Counted from the stretch's first letter, positions 46,439 to 55,226 are shown. The stretch is 64,000 nucleotides of DNA from Nitrosopumilaceae archaeon (GCA_011523285.1 WTHC01000025.1:11848-75847), one strand, 5' to 3'. Notes: generated from the sequence alone by a model not told the origin. Program-made: numbers and translations.

Positions 46439-47779
46439 TTGGTAAATGTAGTCTTCACAATACCGTCAGTACTGAACCAAGGCAACGGTGAAAAAAAAAT
46501 ACCCATTACTTCTGATAAACTTACATTATTAGATGCTTTTACTAAAATTTCTAATGATTTAGGCCCTGCTTTTAAAAATAGAGTTTTAAACCCAGACGGC
46601 TCTCCTAAATCTCTTATTAATGTGTATATAAATGGTAAGAACGCCCAATTTTCTAACGGCATGAATACAATTCTCAATGATGGAGATGAAGTTTATATGC
46701 TTCCTGCTGTTTCTGGAGGAGATAACTTGTCTGAAAATGAACTCACTCGATATTCCAGACAAATAATGCTAGAAAATATAGGTTATGAAGGACAATTGAA
46801 AATCAAAAATTCATCTGTATGCGTTATTGGAGTTGGTGGATTGGGAAACCCTATCGCTTCTAGATTGGCAGCTATGGGTGTAGGTAAAATAAGAATAGTG
46901 GATCGAGATGTAATCGAATTATCTAATCTTCATAGACAAACAATGTTTAATGATTGTGATATTGGCAAAATAAAAGTTGAAACTGCCAAGAATAAATTAC
47001 AAAATATTAATCCCACGATGACAATAGAAGCCCTTTCCGTTTCAATAAATGACTATAATGCATTAGATGTGATCCATGATTGCGATATAGTAATAGACGC
47101 GCTTGATAGTGTGAATGCTAGATACTCAATTAACAAAGCTTGTGTTAGATCTAACATTCCATTTGTAACTGGAGCAGCTGTTGGAACTTCTGGTCAATGC
47201 TTTACAGTAATACCAAATAAAACAGCTTGTTATTACTGTGTATTTCCTAGCTTGGATGAAAATTCTATGCCGACTTGTAGTATTGAAGGAGTACACCCAT
47301 CAATATTATCAGTCGTTGCAGGTATTGAAGTATCTGAAGCTATTAAAATAATATTGGACAAAAAACCTAATCTATTAAATAAAATCTTACATATAGATTT
47401 AGACACATTAAATTTCACACATATAAATACATTCAAAGTATCTGAATGTCCTGTCTGTGGAACTGGCAAGACTAGTGATAAAGTTATAAAAGAAAAACTC
47501 ATGATCGAAGAATTATGTGGCCGAAATGGCAAAAGGACATTCTCTATCACTCCTACTAATAGTAATTTGCATTTGGATCTAAATAAAATTGCCAAGTTGT
47601 CAACAACAAATGTATACAAGATAGAAAATCAAAGTAATTTTGGTATATCAATCCGCTCTGCAGATTTTTATATTAATATTATGCAAAGAGGTTCTGCTAT
47701 TATAACAGGAACTAAAACAGAAGATGATGCAATTTCATTATATGAAAGATTTGTTAGTAAAATAATGGTCAACAATTAA
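46439..47779 (+). CDS. Fusion protein: MoaD/ThiS-like ubiquitin-fold domain (ends ...LPAVSGG) + ThiF/MoeB/UbaA-type E1-like adenylyltransferase + ~90-aa C-terminal domain
   Basis: Residues 1-94 end in DGDEVYMLPAVSGG, the canonical MoaD C-terminus, with GG codons at 46715-46720 and no stop. It continues with LTRYSRQIML..IG..GQ..I....V.VIGVGGLG, DRDVIELSNLHRQ, CYYC...PTCSIEGV...CPVCG (E1 Zn site and loop Cys). TTG start lies 7 nt after the thrC stop. Confidence 0.8.
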   Translation: MVNVVFTIPSVLNQGNGEKKIPITSDKLTLLDAFTKISNDLGPAFKNRVLNPDGSPKSLINVYINGKNAQFSNGMNTILNDGDEVYMLPAVSGGDNLSENELTRYSRQIMLENIGYEGQLKIKNSSVCVIGVGGLGNPIASRLAAMGVGKIRIVDRDVIELSNLHRQTMFNDCDIGKIKVETAKNKLQNINPTMTIEALSVSINDYNALDVIHDCDIVIDALDSVNARYSINKACVRSNIPFVTGAAVGTSGQCFTVIPNKTACYYCVFPSLDENSMPTCSIEGVHPSILSVVAGIEVSEAIKIILDKKPNLLNKILHIDLDTLNFTHINTFKVSECPVCGTGKTSDKVIKEKLMIEELCGRNGKRTFSITPTNSNLHLDLNKIAKLSTTNVYKIENQSNFGISIRSADFYINIMQRGSAIITGTKTEDDAISLYERFVSKIMVNN

Positions 47780-47833
47780 TAAATCCGAGATAAGAAATCA
47801 TTATATTCTAAATAGAATCTTTCGTTATCAACA

Positions 47834-48853
47834 TTGATAGATATTACAACTTTAAAAAAATATGATGCCAGTGGTATGTATAAAATATATGATAAATGGC
47901 CTGAAATTGCTAAATCTTCTTATGAATCGAATCAATGTTCTGTAGATTTAGGAAATATAGATCATATCATATTTGCTGGAATGGGTGGTTCTGGGGCTAT
48001 AGGCGATCTTTTTTCTGCCATTTTATCAAAAACTAGTATGCATGTTAGCACTGTCAAAGGATACTTGTTACCAAACACAGTAGATGAAAACACACTTGTG
48101 ATTGCCACAAGTATTTCTGGAGACACTGACGAAACTATACAAATCCTAAATTCTGCTAATAATTTAAACTGTTCAACTATTGCATTTTCATCAGGAGGAA
48201 AAATCAAAAATTATTGTGAAGAAAATAACATCAATTATAAATATGTGCCAAAGTACCATTCTGCACGCGCATCATTTGTAAATTACGTATATTCGGCCTT
48301 GCGAGTCTTAGAATCAATTATACCTATACACAAAAATGATGTTCTTGAATCAATACAAAAAATGAATCTCATTTCTAAAAATATTTCATCAAATAACCTA
48401 ACCAATAGTAACGATTCTCTTGAGTTCGCATATTGGATAACTGGAATACCTCTTATGTATTACCCATTGGGACTACAAGCTGCTGCAATTCGGTTTAAAA
48501 ATTCACTACAAGAAAATTCCAAATCTCATGCATTTATTGAAGATATCATAGAATCATGTCATAATGGAATTGTTGCGTGGGAACGTTCATCTCAATTGAA
48601 ACCAGTTTTATTGGAGGGAAAAGACGATTACATAAAAACCAAAGAACGCTGGACTATAATTAAAGAATACTTTCAAAGCCATGGAATAGAATATAAGGAA
48701 GTATTTTCAACTGATGGAAGTATCTTATCTAAATTAATTACATTGATCTACTTCTTTGATTACGTATCGATCTATTACGCAATAATTTCAAAACTGGATC
48801 CAACTCCTGTAAAATCCATAGAATTTATTAAAAATAAACTTGTTGATCAATAA
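47834..48853 (+). CDS. Bifunctional phosphoglucose/phosphomannose isomerase (archaeal SIS-domain PGI/PMI)
   Basis: IIFAGMGGSGAIGD and ATSISGDT.ET SIS motifs, with N-terminal KYDASGMYKIYDKWPE typical of the PGI/PMI family. Confidence 0.8.
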   Translation: MIDITTLKKYDASGMYKIYDKWPEIAKSSYESNQCSVDLGNIDHIIFAGMGGSGAIGDLFSAILSKTSMHVSTVKGYLLPNTVDENTLVIATSISGDTDETIQILNSANNLNCSTIAFSSGGKIKNYCEENNINYKYVPKYHSARASFVNYVYSALRVLESIIPIHKNDVLESIQKMNLISKNISSNNLTNSNDSLEFAYWITGIPLMYYPLGLQAAAIRFKNSLQENSKSHAFIEDIIESCHNGIVAWERSSQLKPVLLEGKDDYIKTKERWTIIKEYFQSHGIEYKEVFSTDGSILSKLITLIYFFDYVSIYYAIISKLDPTPVKSIEFIKNKLVDQ

Positions 48854-48905
48854 CAAATTACTAAATAATCTTTGTGTAATATGATGAACAAATCATCCAT
48901 TAGCC

Positions 48906-48913
48906 TTATATAT
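48906..48913 (+). promoter_or_regulatory. TATA-like box of the putative S-layer gene
   Basis: TTATATAT is centred ~30 nt upstream of the ATG at 48940, consistent with a very short or absent 5' UTR. Confidence 0.35.
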
Positions 48914-48939
48914 TAAAACATAAAAAAAACACCAATAAC

Positions 48940-51900
48940 ATGAATAACGAAATAATCCGTAAATTAACTAGTCTTACACTAATGACAATAATGATAGCAG
49001 GAGGACTAACATTCTCTATACCAGCAATTGTACCACAAGCAAATGCAACTAATGTTAATCTATTTGTGTCTGCAGAAAATTCGCAATTCGCGAATTATTT
49101 CGCAGGTCCAATGATTGTAGAAGTTGTAATAATTGATTCTACTATAGGCTCTACAAATACAGATGTTGGAGAACCCAATGTGACAGTAAATGGAAAGAGC
49201 TTACGTATGGCTCAAGCTACAGATGGTAATTGGTATGGTTATTTTGCAGACAAAAAACAAGCTCAAATAGCTGATGAAATACAAAGTAGTGGAGCTACTG
49301 GCAGTGGATTAGACTTTGGTGCATTTTGTAGTAACGCCACAGATATATCTAATGGTACATTCACCATTGATTTGTCTGGAAGTACAGGAATATCTGTACC
49401 TAGTGCTACTACAGGAAGCTCTCAAGGCACTGATCCAATAACAAGTGCATGTACAATCTCGCCAGGTGATACTATGAACGTATTAAGACAGGAAAAAACA
49501 TTAAATGATAATGACAATATAAGTGGTCCAGGACAAATTGATGTAAATCAAAATGCATGGCCATTTATACAGTTATATGATTTTACAGCTGGCAGTAATG
49601 TAGTTGTACAATATAACAAAGGTAACGAAGTACAAAATACTATTTTGACATTTTCATCATCATCGCAATTTGCAAGTTTGGATTTAGATAGGGCAAAATA
49701 CCCACAGGGTTCACAAGTTAATTTCACAATAACAGATCAACAATTAAATATTGATCCAACTGACATAGACTCTTGGACATTTGGTACTGAACAAAGTAAT
49801 CTGTCTACACAGTATCTGATTTTTAATAAAAATGGAGAAAATGTAGCGGATACACTTGGCGCATCTGCAAATATAAATAATTCATTAAGTGAACTAATGT
49901 TCTCTGGTAATGGTGTATTAAGTATAAATGCTGATGCACAAGGATCTGGCAATGTAATAAACATAGTAAATAATAATGATCAAATGATCATTGGCGAACA
50001 AGCTGATTCCGTCGCAACAGTAGGTGGTGCGTTGGCATCTGGAACACAACCAATAACAATCACAGAAATTGCACCAAATGCAGGTATCTTTACAAATTAT
50101 GACGAGACAAACAACGCCAATGTTGTGATAACCGAAAATGCTGATAGAGGAACATCTGCAACCATAAATTACAATGGTCCTCAAAGTGTTTTAGTTGGAT
50201 ATGGATTTGCAACAATTGATATGAATTCACCTAACGATCAATGGAGTTCAGGAGAAAAATTATCAGTTGTACTTGTAGATTCTGATGCAAATAAAAATAC
50301 TCGAGTCAACGAAACATTAAACGTAAATGATTCTAATGTATCGTTAATTCCAGCATTAAGTACAGGTGATCCATTCACACTTGGTGAATCTGGTGTAGAA
50401 AATAACACTAAAGTCAAAGCTGCATATACATCAACATCAACCATTACAAGAACAGGAAATAATAGTACAATTACAGAATTAACTGATACTGGATTAAATA
50501 CCTCAGTTATAGTACAGAAATTCAGTGAACGTGCATTGATCTCTACCAATAACATCGATTCACAAGTCGGTGGACTTGTTATAGATCTAGCCACAACAGC
50601 TGAAGAACTACGTAATTCAATACAGAATCCAAACACAGAAAAATTCAACGGTATAAATCTATTTAATTATGATATTAGTTCTATAATAGATTCAACTAAT
50701 AGTGTTGAAGTTTATTTAGTTGCTAATGCCAATGATGAAATAATAGATAATAACGTGATAGCTACACCATTGCAAGGAGTATTATTATTCAATACGAATG
50801 CACCAAAAGGATTAGTAGATCTTAGTTCTACACAATCTGGAATTCAAAACCCAGACGATGTTAATGAATTGATCTTTAGCTTAGATGATGATACATCAAT
50901 AGGCTTGTATTTCAATTTCAATGACAATGTTGAATTAAAATCAAACACAAATCCTATTGTAGCAGATTTCTTCACCTTTGGATTTAATGATGATGGTATA
51001 CAATCTAATGAAAGAATCGCAAACCAAATAATTAGATTCGAATTAACTGAAAATGGCGCTAACACAAGTACATTTGAAGGTACTGTAGAATATACAATGA
51101 TCAATCAATTGAATATTCTAAATAGCAGTACATACAATAATCTAAACACAATATCTGCAAATCCTAAGTTTATAGTAAATGAAGATTTACGTGACGACGA
51201 TGCCCCTAGAATAAATTACTATGATCTAGGTGCAGATGGTGTGTATACACAAATAGCCGATCAAAAAGAAGCTATATCACATTCAGGTATAATATCATTA
51301 GATTCTAACACGTACAAAGTAGCTGACACAGTATTAGTAACACTAGAAGATCAAGACTTAAATCAAGATAATGGCTTAATCGAGATCTATACCGTTGTAA
51401 GAAAACAAAATGATCCGGCCTTTGATACAGTGGGAACGTCTGATTTACCAGTATTAAGTTTCGGCCCATTAGGAAAACTTGTTAGCATTACTTTTGATGA
51501 CGAACTATGGGCTTCATCATCTGAAGTGATTAATGGCATGTCATGTACTGACAATGGTAATACAAATAACGATGGACTTGGATCTACAGGTTTCACATTA
51601 ATTGAAACAGGACCTTCCACAGGTATATTCGAAGGTAATTTCAAAATCCCTGAAACATATTGTGCTAGATCACAAGGAGGCAAAGTTTTGTCAGTAACTG
51701 GTACCGATATAGAAGTCAACTATTTTGATTTTAGAGACGAATCTGGAGAAATCATTGAAGTAAGTAGCGGTGCAGGAATAAGAGCACATACTGGTTCTAT
51801 AAGCTTAGACAGAACTGTGTATCCAGTACCATGGGGAGAAGTTAAAGACTTTGATAATTCAACATCATCATCACCAAATGGCCGTTCAGTATTTCCAATC

Positions 51901-54018
51901 CATGTGACTGGAATAGATGGCACATTAGATAATAGTGATAGTAATGGTAATCCATTAGCAGAAACATTAGGTAATGGTGATTTGACAATTCATGTCAGAA
52001 TCAACGATCCTGATTTCGATGTTTCATCTAGTGGTGAAGATGCAATAGAAACTGATTTGATCGGTAAAGAATACGGTCCAGTTAAAATTACTATCTCACG
52101 TGGTTCTGATGAAATGATATTAGCATATGCTGGTGGTTCTACACCTCAAACTGGTTTAATCGATGTAGATGGTAATGATATCGATGGTTCTGGAGTACTG
52201 CAACTTGGAGCAATTACAGAAATTGCACCAGATAGCGGTATTTTCGAATTAGATTTTGTTGTCAGATATACAGATGGACCAGCGTCTAGAATATGTCCAG
52301 ATACTAATGCGTATGTTGCATTAGATAATAGCATTACAACAGACTTGAATGATCCGAAAATAAGATTCGATGATGATCCAGAAGAAGGTAGTGATTTTTG
52401 TATATTACAAGGTGATATAATCACAGTAGAATATACTGATCCTACAGATGCATCAGGAGATCCAAATACTGTGACAGATTCCGCTACATTTGATTTACGT
52501 AATGGTGTACTACAATCTGATAAATCCGTCTACATAGTAGGAAGCGATCTAATCCTTACAATAATAGAACCTGACTGGGACTTAGATAATGATACTGCTG
52601 AAACATATACTTTAGATATTGTTGAATGGAGCTCTGATGCTGCAACAGTTACAATGGGCAATGCTGGTAAAAACTTAACTGCTTTTGATCCAGAACCCAC
52701 TGATTTCAGAGAGACAGGAGACAGTACAGGTATATTCCAAACAATAGTTGAAATTCCAGAAAAACTATCAGGTGATAGCTTGGAACGTGGAGAAAAGATT
52801 ACATTAGAATATACTGATTGGGGACCATCAGGCAGTGATTATGTTGGAGAAGAAGATGAAGATATTAGTATCTCTGTCTTCACATCTAATTTTGGAGCAA
52901 CAGTAGAACTTGATCAGAAAGTTTACACTTGGAATGATAAAGTCTACGTCACAATTGTTGCACCAGATCATAATTTCGATGCCAATCTAATTGATGAAAT
53001 TGGTGATTCTGACGATAATCCAATCAAAATTTCAACACGTGGAAATGATCTTAATAACTACAAGTTAGTTGAAACCGGTACTAATACAGGCATATTTACT
53101 GGAGAATTAATCCTAACAGGATTTAATTTTGATGCAGATGGTAATACAAATACCGGTGAATTTGGAACAGGTTTTGATACTAAACCAAGAACAGATGGTA
53201 CTGGACCTACAGATGGATATCTACAAGCAGATAATGATGATGGAATAACCGTTTCATTTGAATATTCTGAAGATGAAACTGTAGTTGGTTCAGCATTAGT
53301 TCGTTGGAATATAGGTGAAGTACAATGGCTTGAAGCAAGTTACCCAGCAAGTGGTAATGGTGTAGTTAGAGTAATAGATCCTGATATGAATTTGAATCCA
53401 GAAGCAGTAGATAATTTCGATGTTGACGTATGGTCTGACTCTGATTCTGGAGGCGTAGATCTTACTGTCACAGAAACTAATGAAGCTACTGGTATATTCG
53501 AAGGTACAGTATTCTTTACTACTAGTGATGAATCTTCAGGACATAGACTTCGAGTTACTGAAGGTGATACAACCACAGTAGAGTACGAAGATAATACTTT
53601 ACCAGATCCATATACTACTGCAGATGAATTAGATATCACTGCTACCACCATAATAGGTACGATAGTTCCTCCATTAGAGAGAGCTCCTGCATCTAACGCT
53701 CATATTGTTGATGCATTTGGAAACTCTTTGGACGAAGTATCTGTAGATCAACAAGTCCAAATCACTTCTGACCTAACTAATAACCAAAATCAAGAACAAC
53801 AATTTGCATATTTAGTGCAAATTCAAGATGACAATGGTGTCACCGTTTCATTAGCATGGATCACTGGTTCATTGTCTTCAGGACAAACCTTTAGCCCGGC
53901 ATTGTCATGGATACCATCTTCCACTGGAACATATACTGCAACAGCATTTGTATGGGAAAGTGTGGATAATCCTACTGCATTATCTCCAACTGTAACAGTA
54001 ACTATCAACGTGATATAA
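48940..54018 (+). CDS. Giant secreted acidic surface protein, probable S-layer protein
   Basis: 1692 aa. N-terminal signal-like segment (LTSLTLMTIMIAGGLTFSIPAIVPQANA) and no C-terminal TM. It is rich in D/E/T/S/N/G and poor in K/R, with many N-x-S/T sequons. There are repeated beta-sandwich-like modules and only six Cys after the signal peptide. It sits next to complex III genes, as I recall for the Nitrosopumilus S-layer gene. Confidence 0.75.
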   Translation: MNNEIIRKLTSLTLMTIMIAGGLTFSIPAIVPQANATNVNLFVSAENSQFANYFAGPMIVEVVIIDSTIGSTNTDVGEPNVTVNGKSLRMAQATDGNWYGYFADKKQAQIADEIQSSGATGSGLDFGAFCSNATDISNGTFTIDLSGSTGISVPSATTGSSQGTDPITSACTISPGDTMNVLRQEKTLNDNDNISGPGQIDVNQNAWPFIQLYDFTAGSNVVVQYNKGNEVQNTILTFSSSSQFASLDLDRAKYPQGSQVNFTITDQQLNIDPTDIDSWTFGTEQSNLSTQYLIFNKNGENVADTLGASANINNSLSELMFSGNGVLSINADAQGSGNVINIVNNNDQMIIGEQADSVATVGGALASGTQPITITEIAPNAGIFTNYDETNNANVVITENADRGTSATINYNGPQSVLVGYGFATIDMNSPNDQWSSGEKLSVVLVDSDANKNTRVNETLNVNDSNVSLIPALSTGDPFTLGESGVENNTKVKAAYTSTSTITRTGNNSTITELTDTGLNTSVIVQKFSERALISTNNIDSQVGGLVIDLATTAEELRNSIQNPNTEKFNGINLFNYDISSIIDSTNSVEVYLVANANDEIIDNNVIATPLQGVLLFNTNAPKGLVDLSSTQSGIQNPDDVNELIFSLDDDTSIGLYFNFNDNVELKSNTNPIVADFFTFGFNDDGIQSNERIANQIIRFELTENGANTSTFEGTVEYTMINQLNILNSSTYNNLNTISANPKFIVNEDLRDDDAPRINYYDLGADGVYTQIADQKEAISHSGIISLDSNTYKVADTVLVTLEDQDLNQDNGLIEIYTVVRKQNDPAFDTVGTSDLPVLSFGPLGKLVSITFDDELWASSSEVINGMSCTDNGNTNNDGLGSTGFTLIETGPSTGIFEGNFKIPETYCARSQGGKVLSVTGTDIEVNYFDFRDESGEIIEVSSGAGIRAHTGSISLDRTVYPVPWGEVKDFDNSTSSSPNGRSVFPIHVTGIDGTLDNSDSNGNPLAETLGNGDLTIHVRINDPDFDVSSSGEDAIETDLIGKEYGPVKITISRGSDEMILAYAGGSTPQTGLIDVDGNDIDGSGVLQLGAITEIAPDSGIFELDFVVRYTDGPASRICPDTNAYVALDNSITTDLNDPKIRFDDDPEEGSDFCILQGDIITVEYTDPTDASGDPNTVTDSATFDLRNGVLQSDKSVYIVGSDLILTIIEPDWDLDNDTAETYTLDIVEWSSDAATVTMGNAGKNLTAFDPEPTDFRETGDSTGIFQTIVEIPEKLSGDSLERGEKITLEYTDWGPSGSDYVGEEDEDISISVFTSNFGATVELDQKVYTWNDKVYVTIVAPDHNFDANLIDEIGDSDDNPIKISTRGNDLNNYKLVETGTNTGIFTGELILTGFNFDADGNTNTGEFGTGFDTKPRTDGTGPTDGYLQADNDDGITVSFEYSEDETVVGSALVRWNIGEVQWLEASYPASGNGVVRVIDPDMNLNPEAVDNFDVDVWSDSDSGGVDLTVTETNEATGIFEGTVFFTTSDESSGHRLRVTEGDTTTVEYEDNTLPDPYTTADELDITATTIIGTIVPPLERAPASNAHIVDAFGNSLDEVSVDQQVQITSDLTNNQNQEQQFAYLVQIQDDNGVTVSLAWITGSLSSGQTFSPALSWIPSSTGTYTATAFVWESVDNPTALSPTVTVTINVI
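51292..53598 (+). repeat. Tandem array of divergent ~95-220-aa protein modules inside the surface-protein gene
   Basis: Five consecutive modules share the pattern [S/L/E]-x-D/E-x-x-x-Y ... [V/I]-x-[D/E]-P-D-x-[D/N]-x-[D/N] ... E-T-G/N-x-x-T/S-G-I-F ... I-T-V-E-Y-x-D. GIF motifs lie at residues 895, 1100, 1264, 1384 and 1518. Further copies lie upstream at 382 and, degenerate, at ~710. Confidence 0.7.
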
Positions 54019-54039
54019 TCACAGACTAGTCAAATACCC

Positions 54040-54050
54040 TTTTTTTTATT
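54040..54050 (+). terminator. Oligo-T tract downstream of the surface-protein gene
   Basis: T8 followed by ATT starts 22 nt after the stop codon. Oligo-T is the usual archaeal termination signal. Confidence 0.4.
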
Positions 54051-54090
54051 TAGTAGAATAAATATATGGTATAATGATTTTGTATCTATC

Positions 54091-55065
54091 TTGAAGTTCA
54101 TAATTATAATAATGATTTGTTGTATTGTATTCTTAGATCAAATGGTGTTTGCAGATAACTTAGAATTGTTTACTAACAATCAAATATATGTAGAATCGGA
54201 TTTGTTATTTGTATATGGTAACGGACTGCCAAATGAAAATCTGATAATTCGATTATTTAATCCAGACGGTACTATCTCTAAATTTGATCAAATAGAAACT
54301 GATTCTAATGGTTATTTTCATCATATCTTATTAGTTTGGCCTAAAACATCAAATAAGTTTCCATATGGTGTGTATGATATAGAAGTCACAAGCACAGAAC
54401 AAAATGGATTATCTAATCATGTTAGTATAAAATTCTCAGAATCTGCACAACAGATAACTATTCCAATCCAACATCAAATTAATGCAACTATTTTTGCTCC
54501 AGATTCCACTGCTGTAGATAATACTATTCGTATTTTCTCCCAAATCACTAGTGATGGAATGCTTATTAGTACTAGCCCTGATAAACTGTTGAATAATTCT
54601 CATGTGCATTTGCCTTCTGGACAAGTAGTTAGTCTTGCGTCAGAATTTCATACATTGCATCAAGGGTTATATTTTGCTGATTATGTGCCAAAACAAACAG
54701 GTACTTATGTATTTCATATTATTACATTTTATAACGGTTTAATATCTCATAATTCTGCAGCTACCACTGTATACGCACAAGATATAAGTAGTATTTCAAA
54801 TCAGCTCGTGAATTTGGATGCTGTACTAAATAGAACATCTGATGAATTAAATAAATTACAACATAATACATATAATTTTGGTATTGCCCTTGATACTGCT
54901 AATACCAATATAGACGAAAGTGTAATATCTATATCAAAGTCAGTGAATAACATAGAAGAAGCATCTATTCAACTGAATTCGTTATTATTTCCCATCATTT
55001 TATTCATCGCTATAATAATAGCATTACAGATCGCTATGTTGGCACGACATCGTCATTTTGATTAA
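54091..55065 (+). CDS. Secreted beta-rich protein with a coiled-coil stalk and a C-terminal TM anchor (SlaB-like architecture)
   Basis: Signal-like N-terminus (KFIIIIMICCIVFLDQMVFA) and a beta-rich ~220 aa region. Heptad-like ISSISNQLVNLDAVLNRTSDELNKLQ...SVNNIEEASIQLNS follows, then TM LLFPIILFIAIIIALQIAMLA and a basic RHRHFD tail. Confidence 0.5.
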   Translation: MKFIIIIMICCIVFLDQMVFADNLELFTNNQIYVESDLLFVYGNGLPNENLIIRLFNPDGTISKFDQIETDSNGYFHHILLVWPKTSNKFPYGVYDIEVTSTEQNGLSNHVSIKFSESAQQITIPIQHQINATIFAPDSTAVDNTIRIFSQITSDGMLISTSPDKLLNNSHVHLPSGQVVSLASEFHTLHQGLYFADYVPKQTGTYVFHIITFYNGLISHNSAATTVYAQDISSISNQLVNLDAVLNRTSDELNKLQHNTYNFGIALDTANTNIDESVISISKSVNNIEEASIQLNSLLFPIILFIAIIIALQIAMLARHRHFD

Positions 55066-55218
55066 TTCATTTTAATGTCATCTAACTCATTAATTAACAT
55101 GTATATATTATAAGAAATGTATTCCAGCAATAAAAATATATAATAGTCTGATAAAAGTTATTTTTTTAACGAAATCCATACCAATATCAATTTTATACAC
55201 GAAATACCTTAGATAAAG

Positions 55219-55226
55219 TTTATAAA
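55219..55226 (+). promoter_or_regulatory. TATA-like box of the Rieske/cytochrome b/cupredoxin operon
   Basis: TTTATAAA is centred ~25 nt upstream of 55247. This favours a leaderless transcript starting near ATG 55251 rather than GTG 55242. Confidence 0.35.

Noticed and set aside
48876-48935. Possible C/D-box sRNA (ATGATGA at ~48880)
   Set aside because: No D box (CTGA) or terminal stem lies at an appropriate distance. The region is better explained as the promoter of the surface-protein gene.
49737-54008. Series of minus-strand ORFs (61-136 aa) inside the surface-protein gene
   Set aside because: They are Ser/Val/Thr-rich mirror frames of a repetitive acidic CDS. None has a start context or motif.
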